Source: Octopus vulgaris
Taxonomy: Eukaryota
Direction of reading: 5' to 3'
Length of the DNA stretch: 64,000 bases
Assembly (NCBI GenBank): GCA_951406725.2
Contig: OX597815.1
Coordinates: 992,001 to 1,056,000, forward strand
Positions within the stretch are counted from its first letter, which is position 1, and each line of letters opens with the position of its first letter. The position numbers were made by a program, and so were the translations under genes. Positions 39,738 through 52,957 of the stretch are shown piece after piece. The notes under the pieces are model-generated. The model did not search any database and was not told the DNA's origin. It saw only the letters and a list, made by a program, of their open reading frames with translations.

Positions 39738-40086
39738 ATAATAATAATGAAATTATTGTATACAGTGCTCAGGTGCATCACAACTTGTCAAAAGTGCGTA
39801 TAAAGCATATGCAGTAATGTACAAATGTCTGGGAAGTGAACAGTGTATGAGTCAGATACATGCTTGTGTGTGTATGGAGGGGAGGAAATCAAGTGTAGTG
39901 TTGGTGAATCTCAGGAAGCTTGGAAGTTTTGAAGGATGCAGTGCTCCGACAACTAACAACTGATGCCGGCAGTTTGCTCCATGCTTCAGCAACTCTCAGC
40001 GTGAAAAGATGTTTCCAAAAGTCATGGGAGCTGTGCTGTTTTCTGACTTTGTAAACATGTCTACGGGTGTTAGACAGGTGAAGTTT
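39738..40086 (-). mobile_element. CR1-type LINE 3' end, third copy
   Basis: Reverse complement of the same element and tail. Confidence 0.85.
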
Positions 40087-40699
40087 GAGAGAGAAAGTGA
40101 GTGAAAAGCTGAGTGCAGGACAAGTGCACATATTAGGCTTGGTGACAGGCAATGAGTAAATGAATGCTAAAACACTTACATGTAGTAAGAGAGAAAGAAT
40201 CATAGGAGGGGGAGTATATATTTTCACACAGATGGAGAGAGAGAGAGAAGGGGCCGGTGCATGCATGTGAACTTCCACAATATAAAAATCAACATGGAGT
40301 CATTCTGCTTTGCAATTTTTATTTCTGCTTTTTAAATAACATTTTGTTTGATTTTATTTTAAATTAATAAACATTTTTCTGTTTAGAAAGTTAGTATTCA
40401 TTCCCTCACTTTGTATATAAGCACCAAGAAATTTAATAAAAGTGAAATTATAATTTTTATATAAGTGCCATATTTTCAGATATTACCCCAGGATGGCAAA
40501 AATAAACTTTTAAAGTTAATTATTGTCATAATTAGAGGTAACGCTCTAATTATTGTTTAAGAAAGATTGAGTGGCACTTCTAACTGTCCTCGCTTATTGT
40601 AATTACATCCAATAAGCTGACCTGCCACCAACTTTTGTGATTCCAGTTTGGAGGAAAGAACAGTAACAGCACTTTGAACAAACCCTAACCCTAAACATT

Positions 40700-41327
40700 G
40701 CTTGTCACGGCTGATTGGTTTGCAGTCGGAAGGTGAGGAGAATTTGGATCATCATTTTGTTAAAACTGGGCAGAAACTTATGAAATGCTCCAGTCTGGTC
40801 ATGGATTAACCTTTTTCTGGTAAAAGAGGTTGATGAATGGTAGAGAGGAAGGAGAGAGGGACATGAGGACCTCAGTTTTCTGGAGGAAGACCATTGTGAT
40901 TCTATAAAGAGAAGCAAACAGCTTGGAATTGGTGAGGCAAATAATGTTCAGAGAATTATTCCTGAAGATTTGAATGAGCGTAAAATATGCCCAAAGATTG
41001 TTTCCAGGATGGCCAGGGACCAGCAGCCTGGAAAGCGACAACTTGACAGAGATGGCCATCAAAATTGTCCGTCGTAGTACAGACCTTGGTCTCTCTGTGC
41101 CTTTTGGTTGTTCCCCCACGACGAAGGAGAACCTTAAATGCAGTGAGATGAGGGTGGCTGTGACAAGGCTCCTGGACACTTTCCCTTTGCAAGATTTCCA
41201 AGGGGTCTTCACTAAGTGGCTGGAGCGCTACAACAAGTGAATTGAAGTCAGAGAATCATTCTACTTTGAAAAAGGATTTAGGATTTTGGAGAATTTCATA
41301 AATGTCTGAAAACTTGTGGAATGTACC
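40700..41327 (+). mobile_element. Mariner-like transposase C-terminal remnant
   Basis: Degenerate ...FQGVFTKWLERYNK*IEV end typical of mariner transposases; multiple frameshifts. Confidence 0.55.
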
Positions 41328-43271
41328 TAATGTGCACCAAACTCACACAAAGTCAAAGAGTGAGGCTGATGACTTCTCCTCAAACCATGAATACAAGACA
41401 AACTAACCTAAGGCTCTCCAGCCATGGCAACCAAAAATGTTGATTACAAACATTTTCTTGTTCTGTTGAAACATTTAGTGTTACTTAATATTGGTTTCAA
41501 ATGTTGGCACAAGGCCAGCAATTTCAGGGGAGGGAGTAAGATGATTATATTAACCCCAGTGTACAACTGGTACATATTTTATCGACTCCTAAAAGATGAA
41601 GGTAAAGTCAACCTCGATGGAAACACAGAACGTAAAGATGAATGAAATGCCACAAAGTGCTTTTTTGCTTTCTACCGATTCTGTCTGTTTGCTGCCTGAG
41701 GAGTATTGCCGAAGAATATTTCTTTGCATCGTTGGCACAGATGAAGACTGATCGTTAACCAATCACAATTTCTTTTCATCTATGATTTAAATGTCACCAG
41801 GATGTTGTGGATGAAGTACATCTGCTAAACATATCGAGTTCTTCTAATGTTCAACACACACACACAGAGGCAGGTAAACAGTTGTGAGCTCTCTCTTACA
41901 GAAGACTTCATGTTAAAATTAATCCCTCTCAGATGGAATCTCCTTGAATCCATTATCCTCAGCGAAAATATTCAAGAAAAAGCAGCCATCACATCTTTGA
42001 TGCGTCAGACAAGTGAGACAGTAAAACTGTAGGAAACTAGGAATGGTTGGAACCAGTGAATTAATGGGATAGAATCCCTCTGAAACAATATTTTTTCTTG
42101 GTAAAGTAGCAAGTACTTTTGGTAGCTACACCTCCCCCACTTTTCACTGCAACCTGGGGGTAAAAGATAGGCAAGCCAAACACAAACACTTTGTCTTCCT
42201 CACTTTCCTTCAAATACAGAATGTTTCTCTCTCTCTCTCCCCCAGACTTTCTATCTTTCATTCTATATATATAGAAGGCAATACATACAGCTACATCTTC
42301 CTGTGTGCACCTATAGTCTCACACACACAAACTTGCAAGATGTTTCATCTGGGGATCAGCACAGCTAGATACAGATTCTTCACAGAGTCTACAGATGTTT
42401 GTGTGTGTGTGTAGACATTTATGGAAGCTCCTTCCTTTAGAAAAACACACTCACTCTTTCTTCCTTCCTTTCTTTCTTTCTTTCTCTCTCTCTCTCTCAC
42501 ACAGCCCCATATAACAAACAACAGGAGATTCTCGAGACATACTTAAAATGATGGTTATCTCCATACATGACCTCACAACTGATGATGATTGACAGAGAAA
42601 GAAGATGGAATACAACAAAACAGTAGCACCAACAGCAACATGAAGAACAAAATCAGAAACAAAAAGCAAAGAGGGGGGGGACTAAAACAAGATGTCTTCC
42701 TCCCTGCTAAACGTTTCATCTGGTTCCTCCTCCTCTTCCTCCTCTCCTCCACCAACAATATCTAAAATATGTGTGTTGTGTGTAGGAGGTGGGGGTCATG
42801 GAGGTAGGTTATCAAAGAAACTGAGTAAACACACGCACACACACACACATGCATGCAAACATACACACACACACACACACGCACGCAAGTGAAATAAAAA
42901 GATGATTCGAGCATCATATAACTGTTGTTATGTCCTGTAATAGTGTCTTCCCAGCCCCTAGGAGGCTTAAGTATTTTATGTCCCCTAAAAGTCTCACTGC
43001 TCCCGAGAGTCACAAACTCTGTTGACCACAATGGAACAGCCTGCTCGTGAAGTTAATATGCAAGTGGTTGAGCGCTCCACAGACACGCATACCCTTAACA
43101 TAGTTTACAGAGAGATTCAGCATGGCAGAGAGTGTGACAAGGCTGGCCCCTTTCAATTACTGGTACAATTCATTTTGCCAGCAATGTGAAATAAAGTGTC
43201 TTGCTCAGGGACATGTGCCACTGGGTATTGAACACACAACCTTATGATCATGAAATACATACCCTAATCAC

Positions 43272-45948
43272 TAGGCCTCGAAACCGGTTTTATAAAACCA
43301 GTTAAAACCGGTTTTATATTATGATCAGTAAAAACGAAACGGATTTGCCAAAACCGATTTTAATGATTGCTGTTTCTATTTTATATTTTTCGCAAAACAT
43401 TTCTCCATTTTTTTTCTTTTGAAGAAATATCATTGAAACTGGACTAACGGAACTGTCGTTGGTCGCCTTTAGCTGAGAGTGCTGTCTGTTTCATTGAAAC
43501 ACATCCCAACATATCAATTCTCACCTTCTCTCTCCTTGAACCTTAGATCAGCACCTTGTCATCTCCTTCGCTAACCCCTGGCTGACTCTTTGAATTTGCA
43601 GGTAACTGAGTTTATTCATAGCAAGTCAAGGGGATGCTGTTAGTCTTCAGTCAGGTAATCTTACCTGTTGAGCATATGCAATAACCAGTTCCAGATTCAT
43701 TTCAAAGAAGTAACACTAACTAAATCTTTTCTTAATTATTTTCATTAGCCCTAGCATGAGAAAAAGAAAATCAAATGTTTGGAATTCTTTCGATAGGAAA
43801 AACAAAGATGAGGCTCAATGCAATAAGTGTGATAAGATCATGAAGTCTTCTGGAGGCTCTACTACGTCTCTGATCTTGCACTTGAAGAAACTTCATCAAA
43901 TCGACATAAATCAAGATGCAAACCAGCCCCCTGTGAAAATGATAAGAACAATGGAACATTTTTTAACAAAGAAATCAACGGAAGAAGAAGTTTCAAAGTT
44001 AGCTGCTATGGATGGATTCTCTTTCAATTCAATCGCGAAGAGCGATTTTATTCAGAGAAATCTTCATAGTCAGAGAGGCAAATATGATAAATTACAACCA
44101 ACAACTGCAAACGGAGTCAGGAATATGGAAAAATAATTATTACATAACCAAGAAAGAAGAAGTTATTATTTTGAAAAAGAAGAAGCGCTGGGGATTTGCT
44201 ACTCATTGACATTGGATTCAAAATAAACATCAATTCAAAATAAACGATATATGAACATAAATGTCCATGGGAAAGAGAATTGTTGGTCCTTGGGTTTTAT
44301 TGAGATCCATGACTCCCTTAATAGCAGGAGAACAGAGCAATTTATGAGAGGACATCTTTGTGAATTTGGATTGGATTTCGATATACACATTGTTGGCTGT
44401 ACGACGGATGGTGCTTCTATGATGGTGAAATTCGGAAAAGAAATAAAACCTGATCACCAACAATGTCTCACACATTGCATACATCTGTCTGTGATTGACA
44501 TTCTCTATCAAAAAACTATTGAAAATATTGCCTCAACCGATGAGACTTATAAAAAAAGTGAAGGGATCGCTATAACAGACGATAGTGATGATGAAGCTGA
44601 CATAAGCCAACACGACATACTTTTTCAAACAGATTTGGCTCACGAAAATGCTTGTTTTTCTCCAGCTAAAACCTGAATTTAACAAAGTTTTAAATAAGGT
44701 AAGAAAAATTTCAAAACGTTTCCATAAATCTCCTAAAAAAATGAAATTTTGCAAGATTTTGTATGAGCGAACTTTGATAACAGAGAATATAAACTTATAC
44801 TGGATTAGCACAGTCCATATGACTGAGAGATTTTTGAAATTGAAAACCTGCATTCCAATTGCTCTACAATCAGTACTTTCCACAGATGCCATAGCTGACG
44901 AAGAATGGAAATCTCTCGATTTACTATATGAAATTCTGCATCCAGTAAAATTATTTTGAAGGTTATTTGCACTAATGATACGGATTTACTGAAAGCGGAA
45001 TATTCTATAGAATTTTTATTGAATAAACTCAATATCTTTGGCTCTAAATCTTCGTGAAAGACTTATGCATAAATATAATAAGAGAAGAAATGTCGAAAGC
45101 TTGATTCTCTTGAGATATTTACATAACCCAAGGAAGTTTAAAGGTGAATCAATTTCTGGACCTTTTCTTTTTTTAACAAAACAACATTTAAGGAAGTATG
45201 CTGAACAAACATATAGGAGATTATTTCCTGAACATGATGCTGAGAACACAACAGAATTATAGAAAGAAAATGAAATAGGAGGGAACCTAAAAACAAGAGT
45301 TACTGTTGTCCCATCTACTTACAAAGGTAATGGACTCATTCGTGAATGCACAAACACAAGGAAGAAAATGAATGAAGAGCCCAGGATGGTAACAGATGGA
45401 TTTGGAATCTCTAAAGAATTTGAATATTTTGAAGCAACTTTGGACGGAAGTGAAAAGCCCAAGAAACATTATAGAGCATTGCTTACAACTAAAGCAACAA
45501 GTGTCCGGTTGGAAAGAGCTTTTTCAATTACTGGACTTTTCAACACGAAAATTAGGACAAGTTTATCGGGTAAAACACTGAATGCATTGTGTTTTTTAAA
45601 AGATTATTTTCGAAGGAAAGTAAATCATCAAGCAAGTGAAGAAACTTGATTGATTCACGGAAATACAACGACTTGGAAAAACGTTGCATTCCTGATTAAA
45701 TAAATATAATACCATTATTTTTTGATATTGTTTGCACATAAATACAGATACAGGCACCATCAACATATTTGTGGATATCAGTCAACCTGTTACTTTCTTT
45801 CTCTGTGTATGTTTATAAAGAAAATACAATATATGACAAACTTCTTCGTTACAGGGATACCATGGCTCTAAATCTGCGAAAAACGGTTTTTGAGAATTAC
45901 TTATACTTAAACTTGGTTTTGGGAATCATTGGTTTTTTGTGAGCCCAA
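43272..45948 (+). mobile_element. Decayed hAT DNA transposon; frameshifted transposase about 43756-45649
   Basis: BED finger (VWNSF...AQCNKC...GSTTSLILHLKKLH), TTDGAS, C..H.IHL, and C-terminal TSV..ERAFS..G...TK.RTSLS motif. Degenerate TIRs (TAGGCCTCGAAACC vs reverse complement TTGGGCTCACAAAAAACC). 8-bp TSD ctaatcac/ctaacccc. Confidence 0.9.
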
Positions 45949-47169
45949 CTAACCCCTAAGCCATATGCATTCACACGTACAATATTAAACATCAGTGAGA
46001 TGGCAATAAACTATAAATGGAAGGAAGAGATACCAGTTATATCAAAGAAACATTCGTAGAGGACACACAGCCAATTCCTTCTGTAGCTGGGTGAACAATT
46101 AACCCTTGTTAACCTTAAACTAATCCAAATTAACTCAAACTAATCTCAACTAATCCAAGATAACTCCAGCTAATCTCACTTAAATCCAGTTAACTGCACT
46201 CAGCCCAAATTAACCCAAACTTACCCCACCCAAACACAGCACCCGAACCCTCTGTTTCACCCCCTCTAAATTTGAATTTTCACCCCAAACTTATTCTTTC
46301 CAAATTTCAATTCTAATTTTCTTTCCAGCTTTGGTTTCCCTTATAATTTCCTTCATATATGTGGAATATTCCTGAAAGCAGTTCCAAGATTCTGTCTTTT
46401 CTGATTGCCATCTTTTGCAACTTGTTACTCTATCTTTTTTTTTTTTGTTGTTGTTTATCTTGAAAGCCTGATGCCAAAGTATTGCAGGGAACTTTAAAGT
46501 CTGAACGATGTTAAGGGAATGTAAGCAGGGTTTTGTCTTTTGTTTAGGGTTTTATAGCACAAATATAGCCAAGTATAAAACTGTGTTTGTGATGACAGTA
46601 AAGTGTGTGTGTGTGTGCTTATCTGTGTTAGAGAAGAAGGAGGAGAGGAGGAGGAGGAGAAGAAGAAGAAAGGCGAGGAGGAGGAGAAGAAGAAGAAGAA
46701 GGGGAAGAAAAAGAGGAAGAAGAAAAAGAAGAAGAGGAAGAAAAAGAAGAAGAGGAAGAACTGAGATGATGAGGATGTTGCAGTGATGGTGATAACAGTA
46801 TTAATAATGACGATGATGATGATGACAACGATGTGATGGTAGTGATGATAATGCTGATGGTGATGATGAACGGCAATGATGAAACCGATTCCATTTCAAG
46901 CCATTTCCCTCAAACTCCATTTTTCCATCAACACTAAAATTCCATTTACAATATCAATTTGGGTTGTAATTAACTTTTACTTCAACTCCAAACGAAGCTG
47001 ATCTATTTGCATCTCAGCAATGGTTATTTCTCTTTCTTTCTTTTTTTTCTTTCTTTCTAATTAGGACCTGAGGAACAATTACAAAATGGAGCTAAAACAT
47101 ATTTTAATTAAGAAAAATAAAAATAAATTTTGCTTGGAAAGTTGAAACAAAATAGGATATGGCATGGGG

Positions 47170-47207
<38 letters not shown>

Positions 47208-47273
47208 GATAATAATCATCATCATCAGAACGTAAAGACAAAATACCCCTAAGATTTTGCCTGGTGTGCTAAC

Positions 47274-47323
<50 letters not shown>

Positions 47324-47331
47324 GCTAGCTC

Positions 47332-47366
<35 letters not shown>

Positions 47367-47431
47367 TAATAACGATAATAATAATAATAATAATGATAAT
47401 AATAATAATAATAATAATAACAATAATAACG

Positions 47432-47471
<40 letters not shown>

Positions 47472-47479
47472 TAATAACG

Positions 47480-47519
<40 letters not shown>

Positions 47520-47680
47520 TAATAAGATAATAATAATAATAATGATAATAATAATAATATGGTAAGGATGATGATGATAGTATCGTAATGATGATGATAA
47601 CAAAATTAGTAATGAAAATGAAAACAACAATAACAAAAACTTTAATATGAATAATAATATTTGTAAATAATAATAATAAT
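47170..47680. repeat. Long interrupted (AAT)n microsatellite region
   Basis: Direct reading. Confidence 0.95.
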
Positions 47681-47872
47681 CCTCTCTACTATAGGCACAA
47701 GGCCTGAAATTTTGCAGGAAGGGGCCAGTCGATTATATTGACCTCAGTAAACAACTGGTACTTAAATATGAAAGGCAAAGTGGATCACAGCAGAATTTGA
47801 ACTCAGAACATAGCGATGGGTGAAACACCGCTAAGCATTTCATCTAGCTAACGATTCTGTCAGCTTGCTGCC

Positions 47873-47903
<31 letters not shown>

Positions 47904-47908
47904 GTAAT

Positions 47909-48272
47909 AGAGCACTCAGAGAGCACAAACCTCTGCCAAGGCAACACCAATGTCCTCTCAACAATTAGCCGGAGATGATTTTTAAAATGAGAATATCTGA
48001 AATGAACTTGATTGCTCTCACAAACGAGAATACTAAATATGAACCCAACCGCTCTCAAAAATTAAGTAAAAAAACTGGAAAAATAATCCAGAATCCCTGT
48101 CTGGTACTGGATCAATCCCAAAATCTAATCAGTTTGTGCCAATCACGAGGCTAAACACCCCTGAAAGTTTCATCCGAAAACCATCCAGCTGTTCTTGAGA
48201 TATTTTGTCCACAAACAAACAAACAAACACAACTGAAAACAATACCTCTGCCTTCGCTAAGGTGGAGGTAAT
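47909..48272 (+). mobile_element. Non-autonomous Helentron-like (HINE/DINE-type) element
   Basis: Subterminal ACCTCTGCCAAGG at the 5' end, internal (CAAA)n, and 3' hairpin ACCTCTGCCTT-CGCT-AAGGTGGAGGT followed by AATA; inserted in (AAT)n. Confidence 0.55.
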
Positions 48273-48286
48273 AATAATAATAATAA

Positions 48287-48557
48287 TGTACATTATTTAC
48301 ATTTGACGGATATTTGTCCTCATCTTGTTTGTTGTTAACACAATGTTTCAGCTGATTTACCCTTCAGCCTTCATCAGGTGTCTTGGGGAAATTTCAAACC
48401 TGGGTTCTCATTCCTAAAGTATTTTTCGATATTATTATTATTCAGGTCACTGCCTGGAATCAAACTCAGAATCTTGAGGTTTGTAGCCTGGGCTCTTAAC
48501 CACTACGCCATATGCCCGTAAATAATGTACATAATTCCTTATCTCTTAAATATAGAA
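48287..48557 (-). mobile_element. tRNA-headed short element carrying a minimal hammerhead-like motif
   Basis: A box TGGCGTAGTGG (48510-48500), decayed B box GAGTTTGATTCC, hammerhead-like 48382-48337, and a 14-bp inverted repeat at 48287-48300/48518-48531. A second copy of the head is at about 11275-11352. Confidence 0.7.
48337..48382 (-). ncRNA. Minimal type I hammerhead ribozyme motif (decayed copy)
   Basis: GACAC-CTGATGA-A-GGCTG..CAGCT-GAAA-CA-TT-GTGTT: stems I and II pair; stem III would need the CG that appears here as CA. Confidence 0.6.
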
Positions 48558-48947
48558 TAGATACTAATAATGGCTTCAAATTTTGGCACAAGGCCAGCAA
48601 TTTGGGGGCAGGGGATAAGTCAATTAAATTGGCTCCAGTTCAACTGGACCTTATTTTATTGACCCCTCCCCTCAAAAAATAAAATTAAAAAACAAAGTTG
48701 ATTTTGTGGGATTTTTTAATGACTTTTGCTGATTGTAAGTTGAGATCCCTCTGAGATCATCCTTTCAGGGTTGATGAAATAAAGTACCAGTCAAGTACTG
48801 GGGGGTGATGTAATCAACTAGCACCCACTCCACCCTACAAATAATTTGCACCCTAAATTAGAAACTATCATCACCATTATCACCACCACAAATATTACTG
48901 CAACCACCACCACCAATAATTTCATTATATTATTGTATACAATAATT

Positions 48948-48978
<31 letters not shown>

Positions 48979-50098
48979 AGTAGTCATGCGTGACATCTTG
49001 GGCAAGTGTCTTCTGCTATAGCCCCGGGCCGACCAATGCCTTGTGAGTGGATTTGGTAGACGGAAACTGAAAGAAGCCTGTCGTATATATGTATATATAT
49101 ATAAGTGTGTGTGTATATGTTTGTGTGTGTGTGTTTGTGTTTGTCCCCCTAGCATTGCTTGACAACCGATGCTGGTGTGTTTACATCCCGTCACTTAGCG
49201 GTTCGGCAAAAGAGACCGATAGAATAAGTACTGGGTTTACAAAGAATAAGTCCCGGGGTCGATTTGCTCGACTAAAGGCGGTGCTCCAGCATGGCCGCAG
49301 TCAAATGACTGAAACAAGTAAAAGAGTAAATGAGTAATATATATATATATATCACTGTATAATAATTTCATTATTATTATTATTCTATAAGTCTGTCCAG
49401 TGATAGCTTCAGGGCAGGTTTGGAGAGAAACAATCCCGTGTCTGTCTGTCTGTCTGTCCCTTAGTTACCAGTTGCTAACAGGAGTTCTTTCTGAAGATGC
49501 AACTTTGATAAAAGAAAAAAAAAACCCAGATTGCGGAAACGCTGCAATCCGTCAGTTATTACATCATTGCGCTCGATGCACGTGCATTGCATTGTTGCAG
49601 TATTGCATTAACGAACTTTGCCGAGTCGTTAATGTATGTTGTTTCTCAGAGATAACGGCAGGGTGGGGTGGCGGGGGGCGGGGCGGGGGGGATATTCGTT
49701 AATTTGTTTTTCCTCTCTTTGTTTCTTGTTTACAAGAATATGGAACAACGGTCTGCAATTCTATAGGATTTTCAGCAGTCGCAACAGGAGATTTTATTTC
49801 CAAAACTACACAATCCACTGCTGCTGCTGCTGCTACTACTGCTACTAGTTATAGTATTGGTGGTAGTGGCGGTGGTGGTGGTAGTGGCGGTGGTGGTGGG
49901 GCAGCAGTTGTGGCTGATTATGCTAACCACATTGCTGTTCAGTGAAAATTGGACCAAAAAAAAAGAAAAGAACCCACCCCAAGAGCAATCAATAATCACT
50001 GGGAAATACTGGGTCAATATTGATTGACTGAAACAACAACGGGTTTATGTAAATAAAAATAAAAAACAATTGGGAACCAATATGAGGGGAGGGGGAGA

Positions 50099-50129
<31 letters not shown>

Positions 50130-50294
50130 GGATGGCTGAATGGTTAAAAAGTTTATTTTGCAGGCCTGGGATAACCAATGTCTTATTAGTGGATTTGGTA
50201 GAAAGAAACTGAAAGAGGACCACTGTGTGTGTGTGTGTGTGTGTGTGTGTATGCACATGTGGGGGTCATGCAAGAAATATCATTATGAGAGACA

Positions 50295-50702
50295 AGGTGG
50301 CAAGCTGGCAGACATGTTAGCACGCCGGGCGAAATGCTTAGCGGTATTTCGTCTGCTGCTACGTTCTGAGTTCAAATTCTGCCGAGGTTGACTTTGGCTT
50401 TCATCCTTTCGGGGTCGATAAATAAAGTACCAGTTTTGCACAGGGGTCGATGTAATCGACTTAATCCCTTTGTCTGTCCTTGTTTGTCCCCTCTGTGTTT
50501 AACTCCTTGTGGGTTGTAAAGAAATAGGTATTTCGTCTGTCGTTACGTTCTGAGTTCTGCCAAGGTTGACATTGGCTTTCATCCTTTAGGGATGGATGAA
50601 TAAAGTACCAGTTTCGCACTGGGGTTGATGTAATCGACTTAATCCCTTTGTCTGTCCTTGTTTGTCCCCTGTGTTTAGCCCCCCGTGGGCAGTAAAGAAA
50701 TA
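50295..50702 (+). mobile_element. tRNA-derived SINE family B (Nin/Deu-like CTTTCATCCTTTCGGGGTCGATAAA core) with tandem duplication of its 3' part
   Basis: GAGTTCAAATT B box; body repeated from 50527. Other copies at 8098-8330(-), 19520-19730, 28713-28930(-), 29455-29660(-), 47680-47875(-). Confidence 0.8.
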
Positions 50703-51405
50703 TATCATTATGAGAGCAGATTCAAAATGAGATAATCTGAGAATGGAGCAGAGGGAATAATATGATCATAGAATACTGAAAGCACAAGTTCCACTGGGCC
50801 AGACATGTCACAAGGTTCACAGACAACAGGTGAACCCATGCAGGTGGCAAGTGGTATCCAAGGGATCAGAAAAGGGCCACTTGGAAGGCTGCCATAACAA
50901 TGGCAAGGTGATCTAGTTAAGTGGTTTTGGTCAAGATGGATAAGAATGCTGCAATCAAGACAGAATTAGAAGAGCATTGTGATCAGTGGTGTATAACAGC
51001 ATCTGATGGTCTGCTTGATACAGTGAAATATATATATCATCATCATCATCATCGTTTAACATCCGTTTTCCATGCTGGCATGGGTTGGACGGTTCGACTG
51101 GGGTCTGGGAAGCCAGGAGGCTGCACCAGGCCCCAGTTTCTACAGCTGGATGCCCTTCCTAATGCCAACCACTCCAAGAGTGTAGTTGGTGCTTTTTACA
51201 TGCCACCAGCATAGGGGCCAGAGGAGGCTGGCAGATGGCCACGATCAGATGGTGCTTTTACATGTCACCAACACGGATGCCATCAGGCGGCGCTGGCATC
51301 TGCCACATTCGGACGGTGCTTTTTACATGCTTTTTACATATATATCTATATATATATGCATATATATATATATATATATATATGCATATATATATATATA
51401 TATGC

Positions 51406-51436
<31 letters not shown>

Positions 51437-52757
51437 GTGAATGCATGTGGCATTCACATGCATTCACCCAGATGGGGTGGCATGTTATGCTATTGAGCAG
51501 GTTACGTTTTTTCACATTGCTCTACAAGGGTAATAGGAGCAGAAGCATTGAAGCATCAGCAAAAATGCTTTACAGTGTATCTTCCAGCTGTCTACATTCT
51601 GAGTTCAAATCCCAGCTGCCTGGAAAAGGCAAGAGGAAGCCACCCCAGCCTTCATTTCAAGTCTAGTCACAACAGCTGAAGTTCCAGTAATCCACTTAAT
51701 GATGGCAAGGGTGGGTATGGGCCCTCTCGGGTCATATACAGAGAGTGGTGGAGAGGCCAAGGGCTGACCACTATGAGATATATAGCATTCACTGTTAGAA
51801 GAAACGGTACTCAATACCATACTCTTTTGACTGTGGCCATGCTGGAGCACTGCATTTAGTTGAGCAAATCGACCCCAGGACTTATTCTTTGTAAGCCTAG
51901 TACCTATTCTATCGGTCTCTTTTGATGAACTGCTAAGTTACCGGGATGTAAACACACCAGCATCGGTTGTCAAGCGATGTTGGGGAGACAAACACAGACA
52001 CACAAACATACATATACATATATATATACATATATATATACACACACAAAATATACGAGACGGACTTTTTTCAGTTTCTGTCTACCAAATCCACTCACAA
52101 GGCTTTGGTCGGTCCAAGGCTATAGTAGAAGACACTTGCCCAAGGTGCTACGCAGTGGGACTGAACCCGGAACCATGTGGTTCATAAGCAAACTACTTAC
52201 AACACAGCCACTCCTATGCCGAAGTCAGTTCCTTGTTACTCTGGAGTTTCACTAATAAGTGCACAGGGTCATCAAGGAAGCTAAGACTGGAGATTTTTGT
52301 TGGAGGTTTTATATATATATATCATCATCATCATCATCGTTTAACGTCCGTTTTCCTTGCTGGCATGGGTTGGACGGTTCGACCGGGGTCTGGGAAGCCA
52401 GGGGCTGCACCAGGCTCCAGTCTGATCTGGCAGTGTTTCTACAGCTGGATGCCCTTCCTAACGCCAACCATTCCGTGAGTGTAGTGGGTGTCTTTTACGT
52501 GCCACCAGCACAGGTGCCAGGAGAGGCTGGCAACGGTCACCAGTCGAAGCAGCGCTGGCATCGGCCACGTTTGGATGGTGCTTTTTATGTGCCACCGGCA
52601 CAGAAGCCAGTCGAGGCGGCGCTGGCAACGGCCACATTCAGTTGGTGCTTTTTATGTGCCACCAGCACAGGTATTACAACTACTATTTCCATCGATATTT
52701 GTTTCGATGTAAAAAATATAAATCCAAAAGAAGAAGCACACTCAGTATATATTAACA

Positions 52758-52957
52758 ATGGGGAAAGCTGGTTTATGGGATTACCTTAGGTTTCTTGTCC
52801 ATAAAGGGTTTAGTTTTATGGCATATCATCAGATCTCAGAACCTGTTGGCCCAAGATCTCTTAAAAATAGTGTTTTGGGGATCTGACAATACGTCATAAA
52901 GCTAAACCCTTTAAGGACGGGAAACCTAAGGTAATCCCATAAACTGGCCTTCCCCAT
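52758..52957. repeat. Inverted repeat made of the pLTR-like sequence seen at 20826/21441
   Basis: ATGGGGAAAGCTGGTTTATGGGATTACCTTAGGTTTC.. / ..GAAACCTAAGGTAATCCCATAAACTGGCCTTCCCCAT. Confidence 0.85.

Noticed and set aside
40682-40693. Telomeric (CCCTAA)2
   Set aside because: Two units is within chance expectation.
43756-45649. Domesticated ZBED-type gene
   Set aside because: Multiple frameshifts and stops with TIRs and TSD retained indicate a dead transposon.
47325-47636. Poly-Leu membrane-like ORF
   Set aside because: Reverse translation of (AAT)n.
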